From Eledone cirrhosa (taxonomy: Eukaryota), in assembly GCA_964016885.1 (NCBI GenBank), contig OZ024743.1:236716001-236780000 (forward strand): 64,000 nt of DNA. Reading direction: 5' to 3'. Below the pieces are notes generated by a model. That model was not told where the DNA came from. It was given only the letters and a program-made list of their open reading frames with translations, and did not search any database. Shown one piece after another: positions 48,001 through 63,000 of this stretch (position 1 is its first letter; each line of letters begins with the position of its first letter). Both the position numbers and the translations under genes were made by a program.

Positions 48001-51000
48001 GTCTGTCGAAGTCTAAAGTCTGTCTTATTATAGACAGCTACAGTATTGATTAGTCTGTCTAAGTCTAAAGTCTGTCTTGTTATAGACAGCTACAGTATTG
48101 ATTAGTCTGTCGAAGTCTAAAGTCTGTCTTATTATAGACAGCTACAGTATTGATTAGTCTGTCTAAGTCTAAAGTCTGTCTTGTTATAGACAGCTACAGT
48201 ATTGATTAGTCTGTCTAAGTCTAAAGTCTGTCATGTTATAGACAGCTACAGTATTGACAATTCTGTCTAAGTCTAAAGTCTGTCTTATTATAGACAGCTA
48301 CAGTACTGATTAGTCTGTCTAAGTCTAAAGTATGTCTTGTTATAGACAGCTACAGCATTGATTAGTCTGTCTAAGTCTAAAGTCTGTCTTATTATAGACA
48401 GCTACAGTATTGATTAGTCTGTCTAAGTCTAAAGTCTGTCTTATTATAGACAGTGACAGTACTGATTAGTCCGTCTAAGTCTAAAGTCTGTCTTATTATA
48501 GACAGCTACAGTATTGACAATTCTGTCTAAGTCTAAAGTCTGTCTTGTTATAGACAGCTACAGTATTGATTAATCTGTCTAAGTCTAAAGTCTGTCTTGT
48601 TATAGACAGCTACAGTATTGATTAGTCTGTCTAAGTCTAAAGTCTGTCTTGTTATAGACAGTTACAGTATTGATTAGTCTGTCTAAGTCTAAAGTCTGTC
48701 TTATTATAGACAGCTACAGTATTGATTAGTCTGTCTAAGTCTAAAGTCTGTCTTATTATAGACAGCTACAGTACTGATTAGTCTGTCTAAGTCTAAAGTC
48801 TGTCTTGTTATAGACAGCTACAGTACTGATTAGTCTGTCTAAGTCTAAAGTATGTCTTGTTATAGACAGCTACAGCATTGATTAGTCTGTCTAAGTCTAA
48901 AGTCTGTCTTATTATAGACAGCTACAGTATTGATTAGTCTGTCTAAGTCTAAAGTCTGTCTTATTATAGACAGTGACAGTACTGATTAGTCCGTCTAAGT
49001 CTAAAGTCTGTCTTATTATAGACAGCTACAGTATTGACAATTCTGTCTAAGTCTAAAGTCTGTCTTGTTACAGACAGCTACAGTATAGATTAGTCTGTCT
49101 AAGTCTAAAGTCTGTCTTGTTATAGACAGCTACAGTATTGATTAGTCTGTCTAAGTTTAAAGTCTTCCTTATTATAGACAGCTACAGTACTGATTAGTCT
49201 GTCTAAGTCTAAAGTCTGTCTTATTATAGACAGCTACAGTATTGATTAGTCTGTTTAAGTCTAAAGTCTGCCTTAATATAGACAGCTACAGTACTGATTA
49301 GTCTGTCTAATTCTAAAGTATGTCTTGTTATAGACAGCTACAGTATTGATTAGTCTGTCTAAGTCTAAAGTCTGTCTTGTTATTGACAGCTACAGTATTG
49401 ATTAGTCAGTCTAAGTCTAAAGTCTGTCTTATTATAGAGGGCTACAGTATTGACAATTCTGTCTAAGTCTAAAGTCTGTCTTGTTATAGACAGCCACAGT
49501 ATTGATTAGTCTGTCTAAGTCTAAAGTCTGTCTTATTATAGACAGCTACAGTATTGATTAGTCAGTCTAAGTCTAAAGTCTGTCTTATTATAGACAGCTA
49601 CAGTATTGACAATTCTGTCTAAGTCTAAAGTTAGTGTTATTATAGACAGCTACATTATTGATTAGTCTGTCTAAGTCTAAAGTATGTCTTGTTATAGACA
49701 GTTACAGTATTGATTAGTCTGTCTAAGTCTAAAGTCTGTCTTATTAGAGACCGCTACAGTATTGACAATAATGTCTAAGTCTAAAGTTTGTCTTATTATA
49801 GACAGCTACAGTACTGATTAGTCTGTCTAAGTCTAAAGTCTGTCTTGTTATAGACAAATACAGTATTGATTAGTCTGTCTAAGTCTAAAGTATTGGCTTA
49901 TTATAGACAGCTACAGTATTGACAATTCTGTCTAAGTCTAAAGTCTATATTATTATAGACAGCTACAGTACTAATTAGTCTGTCTAATTCTAAAGTCTGT
50001 CTTGTTATAGACAGCTACAGTACTGATTAGTCTGTCTAAGTCTAAAGTCTGTCTTATTATAGACAGCTATAGTATTGACAATTCTGTCTAAGTCTAAAGC
50101 CTGTCTTGTTATAGACAGCTACAGTATTGATTAGTCTGTCTAAGTCTAAAGTCTGTCTTGTTATAGACAGCTACAGTATTGATTAGTCTGTCTAAGTCTA
50201 AAGTCTGTCTTGTAGACAGTTACAGTATTGATTAGTCTGTCTAAGTCTAAAGTCTGTCTTGTTATAGACAGTTACAGTATTGATTAGTCTGTCTAAGTCA
50301 AAAGTCTGTCTTGTAGACAGTTACAGTATTGATTAGTCTGTCTAAGTCTAAAGTCTATCTTGTTATAGACAGCTACAGTATTGATTAGTCTGTCGAAGTC
50401 TAAAGTCTGTCTTATTATAGACAGCTACAGTATTGATTAGTCTGTCTAAGTCTAAAGTCTGTCTTGTTATAGACAGCTACAGTATTGATTAGTATGTCTA
50501 AGTCTAAAGTCTGTCTTATTATAGACAGCTACAGTATTGACAATTCTGTGTAAGTCTAAAGTCTGTCTTATTATAGACAGCTACAGTACTGATTAGTCTG
50601 TCTAAGTCTAAAGTCTGTGTTATTATAGACAGCTACAGTATTGACAATTCTCTCTAAGTCTAAAGTCTGTCTTATTATAGACAGCTACAGTATTGATTAG
50701 TCCGTCTAAGTCTAAAGTCTGTCTTATTATAGACAGTGACAGTACTGATTAGTCCGTCTAAGTCTAAAGTCTGTCTTATTATAGACGGCTACAGTATTGA
50801 CAATTCTCTCTAAGTCTAAAGTCTGTCTTATTATAGACAGCTACAGTATTGATTAGTCTGTCTAAGTCTAAAGTCTGTCTTGTTATAGACAGCTACAGTA
50901 TTGATTAGTCTGTCTAAGTCTAAAGTCTGTCTTGTTATAGACAGTTACAGTATTGATTAGTCTGTCTAAGTCAAAAGTCTGTCTTGTAGACAGTTACAGT

Positions 51001-54000
51001 ATTGATTAGTCTGTCTAAGTCTAAAGTCTGTCTTGCTATAGACAGCTACAGTATTGACAATTCTGTCTAAGTCTAAAGTATGTCTTATTATAGACAGCTA
51101 CATTGTTGATTAGTCTGTCTAAGTCTAAAGTATGTCTTATTATAGACAGCTACAGTACTGATTAGGCTGTCTAAGTCTAAAGTCTGTCTTGTTATAGACG
51201 GCTACAGTATTGACAATTCTGTCTAAGTCTAAAGTCTGTCTTATTATAGACAGCTACAGTATTGATTAGTCTATCTAAGTCTAAAGTCTGTCTTGTTATA
51301 GACAGCTCCAGTATTGATTAGTCTGTCTAAGTCTAAAATCTGTCTTGTTATAGACAGCTACAGTATTGATTAGTCTGTCTAAGTCTAAAGTCTGTCTTGT
51401 TATAGACAGCTACAGTATTGATTAGTCTGTCGAAGTCTAAAGTCTGTCTTGTTATGGACAGCTACAGTATTGATTAGTCTGTCTAAGTCTAAAGTCTGTC
51501 TTGTTATAGACAGCTACAGTATTGATTAGTCTGTCTAAGTCTAAAGTCTGTCTTATTATAGACAGCTACAGTATTGACAATTCTGTGTAAGTCTAAAGTC
51601 TGTCTTATTATAGACAGCTACAGTACTGATTAGTCTGTCTAAGTCTAAAGTCTGTTTTGTTATAGACAACTACAGTATTGATTAGTCTGTCTAAGTCTAA
51701 AGTCTGTCTTATTATAGACAGCTACAGTACTGATTAGTCTGTCTAAGTCTAAAGTCTGTCTTATTATAGACAGCTACAGTAATGATTAGTCTATCTAAGT
51801 CTAAAGTCAGTCTTGTTATAGACAGCTACAGTACTGATTAGTCTGTCTAAGTCGAAAGTCTGTCTTGTTATGGACAGCTACAGTATTGATTAGTCTGTCT
51901 AAGTCTAAAGTCTGTCTTGTTATAGACAGCTACAGTATTGATTAGTCTGTCTAAGTCTAAAGTCTGTCTTATTATAGACAGCTACAGTATTGACAATTCT
52001 GTGTAAGTCTAAAGTCTGTCTTATTATAGACAGCTACAGTACTGATTAGTCTGTCTAAGTCTAAAGTCTGTTTTGTTATAGACAACTACAGTATTGATTA
52101 GTCTGTCTAAGTCTAAAGTCTGTCTTATTATAGACAGCTACAGTACTGATTAGTCTGTCTAAGTCTAAAGTCTGTCTTATTATAGACGGCTACAGTATTG
52201 ACAATTCTCTCTAAGTCTAAAGTCTGTCTTATTATAGACAGCTACAGTATTGATTAGTCTGTTTAAGTCTAAAGTCTGTCTTATTATAGACAGCTACAGT
52301 ACTGATTAGTCTGTCTAAATCTAAAGTATGTCTTGTTATAGACAGCTACAGCATTGATTAGTCTGTCTAAGTCTAAAGTCTGTCTTATTATAGACAGCTA
52401 CATTATTGATTAGTCTGTCTAAGTCTAAAGTCTGTCTTATTATAGACAGTGACAGGACTGATTAGTCCGTCTAAGTCTAAAGTCTGTCTTATTATAGACA
52501 GCTACAGTATTGACAATTCTGTCTAAGTCTAAAGTCTGTCTTGTTATAGACAGCTACAGTATTGATTAGTCTGTCTAAGTCTAACGTCTGTCTTATTATA
52601 GACAGCTACAGTATTGACAATTCTGTCTAAGTCTAAAGTCTGTCTTGTTATAGACAGCTACTGTATTGATTAGTCTGACTAAGTCTAAAGTCTGTCTTAT
52701 TATAGACAGCTACAGCATTGATAATTCTGTCTCAGTCTGAAGTCCGTCTTGTTATAGACAGCTACAGTATTGATTAGTCTGTCTAAGTCTAAAGTCTGTC
52801 TTATTATAGACAGCTACAGTATTGACAATTCTGTCTAAGTCTAAAGTCTGTCTTGTTATAGACAGCTACAGTATTGATTAGCCTGTCTAAGTTTAAAGTC
52901 TTTCTTATTATAGACAGCTACAGTACTAACTAGTCTGTCTATGTCTAAAGTCTGTCTTATTATAGAAAGCTACAGTATTGACAATTCTGTCTAAGTCTAA
53001 AGTCTGTCTTGTTATAGACAGCTACAGTATTGATTAGTCTGTCTAAGTCTAAAGTCTGTCTTATTATAGACAGCTACAGTATTGATTAGTCTGTTTCAGT
53101 CTAAAGTCTGCCTTAATATAGACAGCTACAGTACTGATTAGTCTGTCTAAGTCTAAAGTCTGTCTTGTTATACACAGCTACAGTATTGATTAGTCAGTCT
53201 AAGTCTAAAGTCTGTCTTATTATAGACAGATAGAGTATTGATTAGTCAGTCTAAGTCTAAAGTCTGTCTTATTATAGACAGCTACAGTATTGACAATTCT
53301 GTCTATGTCTAAAGTCTGTCTTGTTATAGACAGCTACAGTATTGACAATTCTGTCTAAGTCTAAAGTCTATTTTATTATAGACAGCTACAGTACTGATTA
53401 GTCTGTCTAAGTCTAAAGTGTGTCTTGTTATAGACAGTTACAGTATTGATTAGTCTGTCTAAGTCTAAAGTCTGTCTTATTATAGACCGCTACAGTATTG
53501 ACAATAATGTCTAAGTCTAAAGTCTGTCTTATTATAGACAGCTACAGTACTGATTAGTCTGTCTAAGTCTAAAGTCTGTCTTGTTATAGACAGCTACAGT
53601 ATTGATTAGTTGTCTAAGTCTAAAGTCTGTCTTATTATAGACGGCTACAGTATTGACAATTCTCTCTAAGTCTAAAGTCTGTCTTATTATAGACAGCTAC
53701 AGTATTGATTAGTCTGTTTAAGTCTAAAGTCTGTCTTATTATAGACAGCTACAGTACTGATTAGTCTGTCTAAATCTAAAGTATGTCTTGTTATAGACAG
53801 CTACAGCATTGATTAGTCTGTCTAAGTCTAAAGTCTGTCTTATTATAGACAGCTACATTATTGATTAGTCTGTCTAAGTCTAAAGTCTGTCTTATTATAG
53901 ACAGTGACAGGACTGATTAGTCCGTCTAAGTCTAAAGTCTGTCTTATTATAGACAGCTACAGTATTGACAATTCTGTCTAAGTCTAAAGTCTGTCTTGTT

Positions 54001-57000
54001 ATAGACAGCTACAGTATTGATTAGTCTGTCTAAGTCTAAAGTCTGTCTTATTATAGACAGCTACAGTATTGACAATTCTGTCTAAGTCTAAAGTCTGTCT
54101 TGTTATAGACAGCTACTGTATTGATTAGTCTGACTAAGTCTAAAGTCTGTCTTATTATAGACAGCTACAGCATTGATAATTCTGTCTCAGTCTGAAGTCC
54201 GTCTTGTTATAGACAGCTACAGTATTGATTAGTCTGTCTAAGTCTAAAGTCTGTCTTATTATAGACAGCTACAGTATTGACAATTCTGTCTAAGTCTAAA
54301 GTCTGTCTTGTTATAGACAGCTACAGTATTGATTAGCCTGTCTAAGTTTAAAGTCTTTCTTATTATAGACAGCTACAGTACTGATTAGTCTGTCTATGTC
54401 TAAAGTCTGTCTTATTATAGAAAGCTACAGTATTGACAATTCTGTCTAAGTCTAAAGTCTGTCTTGTTATAGACAGCTACAGTATTGATTAGTCTGTCTA
54501 AGTCTAAAGTCTGTCTTATTATAGACAGCTACAGTATTGATTAGTCTGTTTCAGTCTAAAGTCTGCCTTAATATAGACAGCTACAGTACTGATTAGTCTG
54601 TCTAAGTCTAAAGTCTGTCTTGTTATACACAGCTACAGTATTGATTAGTCAGTCTAAGTCTAAAGTCTGTCTTATTATAGACAGATAGAGTATTGATTAG
54701 TCAGTCTAAGTCTAAAGTCTGTCTTATTATAGACAGCTACAGTATTGACAATTCTGTCTATGTCTAAAGTCTGTCTTGTTATAGACAGCTACAGTATTGA
54801 CAATTCTGTCTAAGTCTAAAGTCTATTTTATTATAGACAGCTACAGTACTGATTAGTCTGTCTAAGTCTAAAGTGTGTCTTGTTATAGACAGTTACAGTA
54901 TTGATTAGTCTGTCTAAGTCTAAAGTCTGTCTTATTATAGACCGCTACAGTATTGACAATAATGTCTAAGTCTAAAGTCTGTCTTATTATAGACAGCTAC
55001 AGTACTGATTAGTCTGTCTAAGTCTAAAGTCTGTCTTGTTATAGACAGCTACAGTATTGATTAGTTGTCTAAGTCTAAAGTCTGTCTTGTTATAGACAGC
55101 TACAGTATTGATTAGTCTGTCTAAGTCTAAAGTCTGTCTTGTTATAGACAGCTACAGTATTGATTAGTCTGTCTAAGTCTAAAGTCTGTCTTGTTATAGA
55201 CAGTTACAGTATTGATTAGTCTGTCTAAGTCAAAAGTCTGTCTTGTAGTCAGTTACAGTATTGATTAGTCTGTCTAAGTCTAAAGTCTGTCTTGCTATAG
55301 ACAGCTACAGTATTGACAATTCTGTCTAAGTCTAAAGTATGTCTTATTATAGACAGCTACATTGTTGATTAGTCTGTCTAAGTCTAAAGTATGTCTTATT
55401 ATAGACAGCTACAGTACTGATTAGTCTGTCTAAGTCTAAAGTCTGTCTTGTTATAGACGGCTACAGTATTGACAATTCTGTCTAAGTCTAAAGTCTGTCT
55501 TATTATAGACAGCTACAGTATTGATTAGTCTATCTAAGTCTAAAGTATGTCTTGTTATAGACAGCTCCAGTATTGATTAGTCTGTCTAAGTCTAAAATCT
55601 GTCTTGTTATAGACAGCTACAGTATTGATTAGTCTGTCTAAGTCTAAAGTCTGTCTTGTTATAGACAGCTACACTATTGATTAGTCTGTCGAAGTCTAAA
55701 GTCTGTCTTGTTATGGACAGCTACAGTATTGATTAGTCTGTCTAAGTCTAAAGTCTGTCTTGTTATAGACAGCTACAGTATTGATTAGTCTGTCTAAGTC
55801 TAAAGTCTGTCTTATTATAGACAGCTACAGTATTGACAATTCTGTGTAAGTCTAAAGTCTGTCTTATTATAGACAGCTACAGTACTGATTAGTCTGTCTA
55901 AGTCTAAAGTCTGTTTTGTTATAGACAACTACAGTATTGATTAGTCTGTCTAAGTCTAAAGTCTGTCTTATTATAGACAGCTACAGTACTGATTAGTCTG
56001 TCTAAGTCTAAAGTCTGTCTTATTATAGACGGCTACAGTATTGACAATTCTCTCTAAGTCTAAAGTCTGTCTTATTATAGACAGCTACAGTATTGATTAG
56101 TCTGTTTAAGTCTAAAGTCTGTCTTATTATAGACAGCTACAGTACTGATTAGTCTGTCTAAATCTAAAGTATGTCTTGTTATAGACAGCTACAGCATTGA
56201 TTAGTCTGTCTAAGTCTAAAGTCTGTCTTATTATAGACAGCTACAGTATTGATTAGTCTGTCTAAGTCTAAAGTCTGTCTTATTATAGACAGTGACAGGA
56301 CTGATTAGTCCGTCTAAGTCTAAAGTCTGTCTTATTATAGACAGCTACAGTATTGACAATTCTGTCTAAGTCTAAAGTCTGTCTTGTTATAGACAGCTAC
56401 AGTATTGATTAGTCTGTCTAAGTCTAAAGTCTGTCTTATTATAGACAGCTACAGTATTGACAATTCTGTCTAAGTCTAAAGTCTGTCTTGTTATAGACAG
56501 CTACAGTATTGATTAGTCTGACTAAGTCTAAAGTCTGTCTTATTATAGACAGCTACAGCATTGATAATTCTGTCTCAGTCTGAAGTCCGTCTTGTTATAG
56601 ACAGCTACAGTATTGATTAGTCTGTCTAAGTCTAAAGTCTGTCTTATTATAGACAGCTACAGTATTGACAATTCTGTCTAAGTCTAAAGTCTGTCTTGTT
56701 ATAGACAGCTACAGTATTGATTAGCCTGTCTAAGTTTAAAGTCTTTCTTATTATAGACAGCTACAGTACTGATTAGTCTGTCTATGTCTAAAGTCTGTCT
56801 TATTATAGAAAGCTACAGTATTGACAATTCTGTCTAAGTCTAAAGTCTGTCTTGTTATAGACAGCTACAGTATTGATTAGTCTGTCTAAGTCTAAAGTCT
56901 GTCTTATTATAGACAGCTACAGTATTGATTAGTCTGTTTCAGTCTAAAGTCTGCCTTAATATAGACAGCTACAGTACTGATTAGTCTGTCTAAGTCTAAA

Positions 57001-60000
57001 GTCTGTCTTGTTATACACAGCTACAGTATTGATTAGTCTGTCTAAGTCTAAAGTCTGTCTTATTATAGACAGATAGAGTATTGATTAGTCAGTCTAAGTC
57101 TAAAGTCTGTCTTATTATAGACAGCTACAGTATTGACAATTCTGTCTATGTCTAAAGTCTGTCTTGTTATAGACAGCTACAGTATTGACAATTCTGTCTA
57201 AGTCTAAAGTCTATTTTATTATAGACAGCTACAGTACTGATTAGTCTGTCTAAGTCTAAAGTCTGTCTTGTTATAGACAGTTACAGTATTGATTAGTCTG
57301 TCTAAGTCTAAAGTCTGTCTTATTATAGACCGCTACAGTATTGACAATAATGTCTAAGTCTAAAGCCTGTCTTATTATAGACAGCTACAGTACTGATTAG
57401 TCTGTCTAAGTCTAAAGTCTGTCTTGTTATAGACAGCTACAGTATTGATTAGTCTGTCTAAGTCTAAAGTCTGTCTTGTTATAGACAGTTACAGTATTGA
57501 TTAGTCTGTCTAAGTCTAAAGTCTGTCTTGTTATAGACAGCTACAGTATTGATTAGTCTGTCTAAGTCTAAAGTCTGTCTTGTTATAGACAGCTACAGTA
57601 TTGATTAGTTGTCTAAGTCTAAAGTCTGTCTTGTTATAGACAGCTACAGTATTAATTAGTCTGTCTAAGTCTAAAGTCTGTCTTGTTATAGACAGCTACA
57701 GTATTGATTAGTCTGTCTAAGTCTAAAGTCTGTCTTGTTATAGACAGTTACAGTATTGATTAGTCTGTCTAAGTCAAAAGTCTGTCTTGTAGACAGTTAC
57801 AGTATTGATTAGTCTGTCTAAGTCTAAAGTCTGTCTTGCTATAGACAGCTACAGTATTGACAATTCTGTCTAAGTCTAAAGTATGTCTTATTATAGACAG
57901 CTACATTGTTGATTAGTCTGTCTAAGTCTAAAGTATGTCTTATTATAGACAGCTACAGTACTGATTAGTCTGTCTAAGTCTAAAGTCTGTCTTGTTATAG
58001 ACGGCTACAGTATTGACAATTCTGTCTAAGTCTAAAGTCTGTCTTATTATAGACAGCTACAGTATTGATTAGTCTATCTAAGTCTAAAGTCTGTCTTGTT
58101 ATAGACAGCTCCAGTATTGATTAGTCTGTCTAAGTCTAAAATCTGTCTTGTTATAGACAGCTACAGTATTGATTAGTCTGTCTAAGTCTAAAGTCTGTCT
58201 TGTTATAGACAGCTACAGTATTGATTAGTCTGTCGAAGTCTAAAGTCTGTCTTGTTATGGACAGCTACAGTATTGATTAGTCTGTCTAAGTCTAAAGTCT
58301 GTCTTGTTATAGACAGCTACAGTATTGATTAGTCTGTCTAAGTCTAAAGTCTGTCTTATTATAGACAGCTACAGTATTGACAATTCTGTGTAAGTCTAAA
58401 GTCTGTCTTATTATAGACAGCTACAGTACTGATTAGTCTGTCTAAGTCTAAAGTCTGTTTTGTTATAGACAGCTACAGTACTGATTAGTCTGTCTAAGTC
58501 GAAAGTCTGTCTTGTTATAGACAACTACACTATTGATTAGTCTGTCTAAGTCTAAAGTCTGTCTTGTTATAGACAGCTACAGTATTGATTAGTCTTTCTA
58601 AGTTTAAAGTCTTTCTTATTATAGACAGCTACAGTATTGATTAGTCTGTCTAAGTCTAAAGTCTGTCTTATTATAGACAGCTACAGTATTGACAATTCTC
58701 TCTAAGTCTAAAGTCTGTCTTATTATAGACAGCTACAGTACTGATTAGTCTGTCTAAGTCTAAAGTATGTCTTGTTATAGACAGCTACAGCATTAATTAG
58801 TCTGTCTAAGTCTAAAGTCTGTCTTATTATAGACAGCTACAGTACTGATTAGTCTGTCTAAGTCTAAAGTCTGTCTTGTTATAGACAGCTACAGTATTGA
58901 TTAGTCTGTCTAAGTCTAAAGTCTGTCTTGTTATAGACAGCTACAGTATTGATTAGTTGTCTAAGTCTAAAGTCTGTCTTGTTATAGACAGCTACAGTAT
59001 TGATTAGTCTGTCTAAGTCTAAAGTCTGTCTTGTTATAGACAGCTACAGTATTGATTAGTCTGTCTAAGTCTAAAGTCTGTCTTGTTATAGACAGTTACA
59101 GTATTGATTACTCTGTCTAAGTCAAAAGTCTGTCTTGTAGACAGTTACAGTATTGATTAGTCTGTCTAAGTCTAAAGTCTGTCTTGCTATAGACAGTTAC
59201 AGTATTGACAATTCTGTCTAAGTCTAAAGTATGTCTTATTATAGACAGCTACATTGTTGATTAGTCTGTCTAAGTCTAAAGTATGTCTTATTATAGACAG
59301 CTACTGTACTGATTAGTCTGTCTACGTCTAAAGTCTGTCTTGTTATAGACGGCTACAGTATTGACAATTCTGTCTAAGTCTAAAGTCTGTCTTATTATAG
59401 ACAGCTACAGTATTGATTAGTCTATCTAAGTCTAAAGTCTGTCTTGTTATAGACAGCTCCAGTATTGATTAGTCTGTCTAAGTCTAAAATCTGTCTTGTT
59501 ATAGACAGCTACAGTATTGATTAGTCTGTCTTGTTATAGACAGCTACAGTATTGATTAGTCTGTCTAAGTCTAAAGTCTGTCTTATTATAGACAGCTACA
59601 GTATTGACAATTCTGTGTAAGTCTAAAGTCTGTCTTATTATAGACAGCTGCAGTACTGATTAGTCTGTCTAAGTCTAAAGTCTGTTTTGTTATAGACAAC
59701 TACAGTATTGATTAGTCTGTCTAAGTCTAAAGTCTGTCTTATTATAGACAGCTACAGTACTGATTAATCTGTCTAAGTCTAAAGTCTGTCTTATTATAGA
59801 CAGCTACAGTAATGATTAGTCTGTCTAAGTCTAAAGTCAGTCTTGTTATAGACAGCTACAGTACTGATTAGTCTATCTAAGTCGAAAGTCTGTCTTGTTA
59901 TAGACAACTACACTATTGATTAGTCTGTCTAAGTCTACAGTCTGTCTTGTTATAGACAGCTACAGTATTGATTAGTCTTTCTAAGTTTAAAGTCTTTCTT

Positions 60001-63000
60001 ATTATAGACAGCTACAGTACTGATTAGTCTGTCTAAGTCTAAAGTCTGTCTTATTATAGACAGCTACAGTATTGACAATTCTCTCTAAGTCTAAAGTCTG
60101 TCTTATTATAGACAGCTACAGTACTGATTAGTCTGTCTAAGTCTAAAGTATGTCTTGTTATAGACAGCTACAGCATTGATTAGTCTGTCTAAGTCTAAAG
60201 TCTGTCTTGTTATAGACAGCTACAGTATTGATTAGTCTGTCTAAGTCTAAAATCTGTCTTGTTATAGACAGCTACAGTATTGATTAGTCTGTCTAAGTCT
60301 AAAGTCTGTCTTGTTATAGACAGCTACAGTATTGATTAGTCTGTCGAAGTCTAAAGTCTGTCTTGTTATGGACAGCTACAGTATTGATTAGTCTGTCTAA
60401 GTCTAAAGTCTGTCTTGTTATAGACAGCTACAGTATTGATTAGTCTGTCTAAGTTTAAAGTCTTTCTTATTATAGACAGCTACAGTACTGATTAGTCTGT
60501 CTATGTCTAAAGTCTGTCTTATTATAGACAGCTACAGTATTGACAATTCTCTCTAAGTCTAAAGTCTGTCTTATTATAGACAGCTACAGTATTGATTAGT
60601 CTGTTTCAGTCTAAAGTCTGCCTTAATATAGACAGCTACAGTACTGATTAGTCTGTCTAAGTCTAAAGTCTGTCTTGTTATACACAGCTACAGTATTGAT
60701 TAGTCTGTCTAAGTCTAAAGTCTGTCTTATTATAGACAGCTAGAGTATTGATTAGTCAGTCTAAGTCTAAAGTCTGTCTTGTTATAGACAGCTACACTAT
60801 TGACAATTCTGTCTATGTCTAAAGTATGTGTTGTTATAGACAGTTACAGTATTGATTAGTCTGTCTAAGTCTAAAGTCTGTCTTATTATAGACAGCTACA
60901 GTATTGACAATTCTGTCTAAGTCTAAAGTCTATATTATTATAGACAGCTACAGTACTGATTAGTCTGTCTAATTCTAAAGTCTGTCTTGTTATAGACAGC
61001 TACAGTACTGATTAGTCTGTCTAAGTCTAAAGCCTGTCTTGTTATAGACAGCTACAGTATTGATTAGTCTGTCTAAGTCTAAAGTCTGTCTTGTTATAGA
61101 CAGCTACAGTATTGATTAGTCTGTCTAAGTCTAAAGTCTGTCTTGTTATAGACAGCTACAGTATTGATTCGTTGTCTAATTCTAAAGTCTGTCTTGTTAT
61201 AGACAGCTACAGTATTGATTAGTCTGTCTAAGTCTAAAGTCTGTCTTGCTATAGACAGCTACAGTATTGACAATTCTGTCTAAGTCTAAAGTATGTCTTA
61301 TTATAGACAGCTACATTGTTGATTAGTCTGTCTAAGTCTAAAGTATGTCTTATTATAGACAGCTACGGTACTGATTAGTCTGTCTAAGTCTAAAGTCTGT
61401 CTTGTTATAGACAGCTACAGTATTGACAATTCTGTCTAAGTCTAAAGTCTGTCTTATTATAGACAGCTACAGTATTGATTAGTCTATCTAAGTCTAAAGT
61501 CTGTCTTGTTATAGACAGCTCCAGTATTGATTAGTCTGTCTAATTCTAAAGTCTGTCTTGTTATAGACAGCTACAGTACTGATTAGTCTGTCTAAGTCTA
61601 AAGTCTGACTTGTTATAGACAGCTACAGCATTGATTAGTCTGTGTAAGTCTAAAGTCTGTCTTATCATAGACAGCTACAGTACTTATTAGTCTGTCTAAG
61701 TCTAAAGTCTGTCTTATTATAGACAGCTACAGTATTGAGAATTCTGTCTAAGTCTAAAGTCTGTCTTGTTATAGAGGGCTACAGTATTGATTAGTCTGTC
61801 TAAGTCTAAAGTCTGTCTTGTTATAGACAACTACAGTATTGATTAGTCTGTCTAAGTCTAAAGTCTGTCTTATTATAGACAGCTACAGTATTGACAATTC
61901 TGTCTAAGTCTAAAGTCTGTCTTGTTATAGACAGCTACAGTATTGATTAGTCTGTCTAAGTCTAAAGTCTGTCTTATTATAGACAGCTACAGCATTGATA
62001 ATTCTGTCTCAGTCTGAAGTCCGTCTTGTTATAGACAGCTACAGTATTGATTAGTCTGTCTAAGTCTAAAGTCTGTCTTATTATAGACAGCTACAGTATT
62101 GACAATTCTGTCTAACTCTAAAGTCTGTCTTGTTATAGACAGCTACAGTATTGATTAGTCTGTCTAAGTTTAAAGTCTTTCTTATTATAGACAGCTACAA
62201 TACTGATTAGTCTGTCTATGTCTAAAGTCTGTCTTATTATAGACAGCTACAGTATTGACAATTCTCTCTAAGTCTAAAGTCTGTCTTATTATAGACAGCT
62301 ACAGTATTGATTAGTCTGTTTCAGTCTAAAGTCTGCCTTAATATAGACAGCTACAGTACTGATTAGTCTGTCTAAGTCTAAAGTCTGTCTTGTTATACAC
62401 AGCTACAGTATTGATTAGTCTGTCTAAGTCTAAAGTCTGGCTTATTATAGACAGCTACAGTACTGATTAGTCTGTCTAAGTCTAAAGTCTGTCTTGTTAT
62501 AGACAGCTACAGTATTGATTAGTCTGTCTAAGTTTAAAGTCTTCCTTATTATAGACAGCTACAGTATTGACAATTCTCTCTAAGTCTAAAGTCTGTCTTA
62601 TTATAGACAGCTACAGTATTGATTAGTCTGTTTAAGTCTAAAGTCTGCCTTAATATAGACAGCTACAGTACTGATTAGTCTGTCTAAGTCTAAAGTATGT
62701 CTTGTTATAGACAGCTACAGTATTGATTAGTCTGTCTAAGTCTACAGTCTGTCTTATTATAGACAGCTACAGTATTGACAATTCTGTCTAAGTCTAAAGT
62801 CAGTGTTATTATAGACAGCTACATTATTGATTATTCTGTCTAAGTCTAAAGTATGTGTTGTTATAGACAGTTACAGTATTGATTAGTCTGTCTAAGTCTA
62901 AAGTCTGTCTTATTATAGACAGCTACAGTATTGACAATTCTGTCTAAGTCTAAAGTCTATATTATTATAGACAGCTACAGTACTGATTAGTCTGTCTAAT

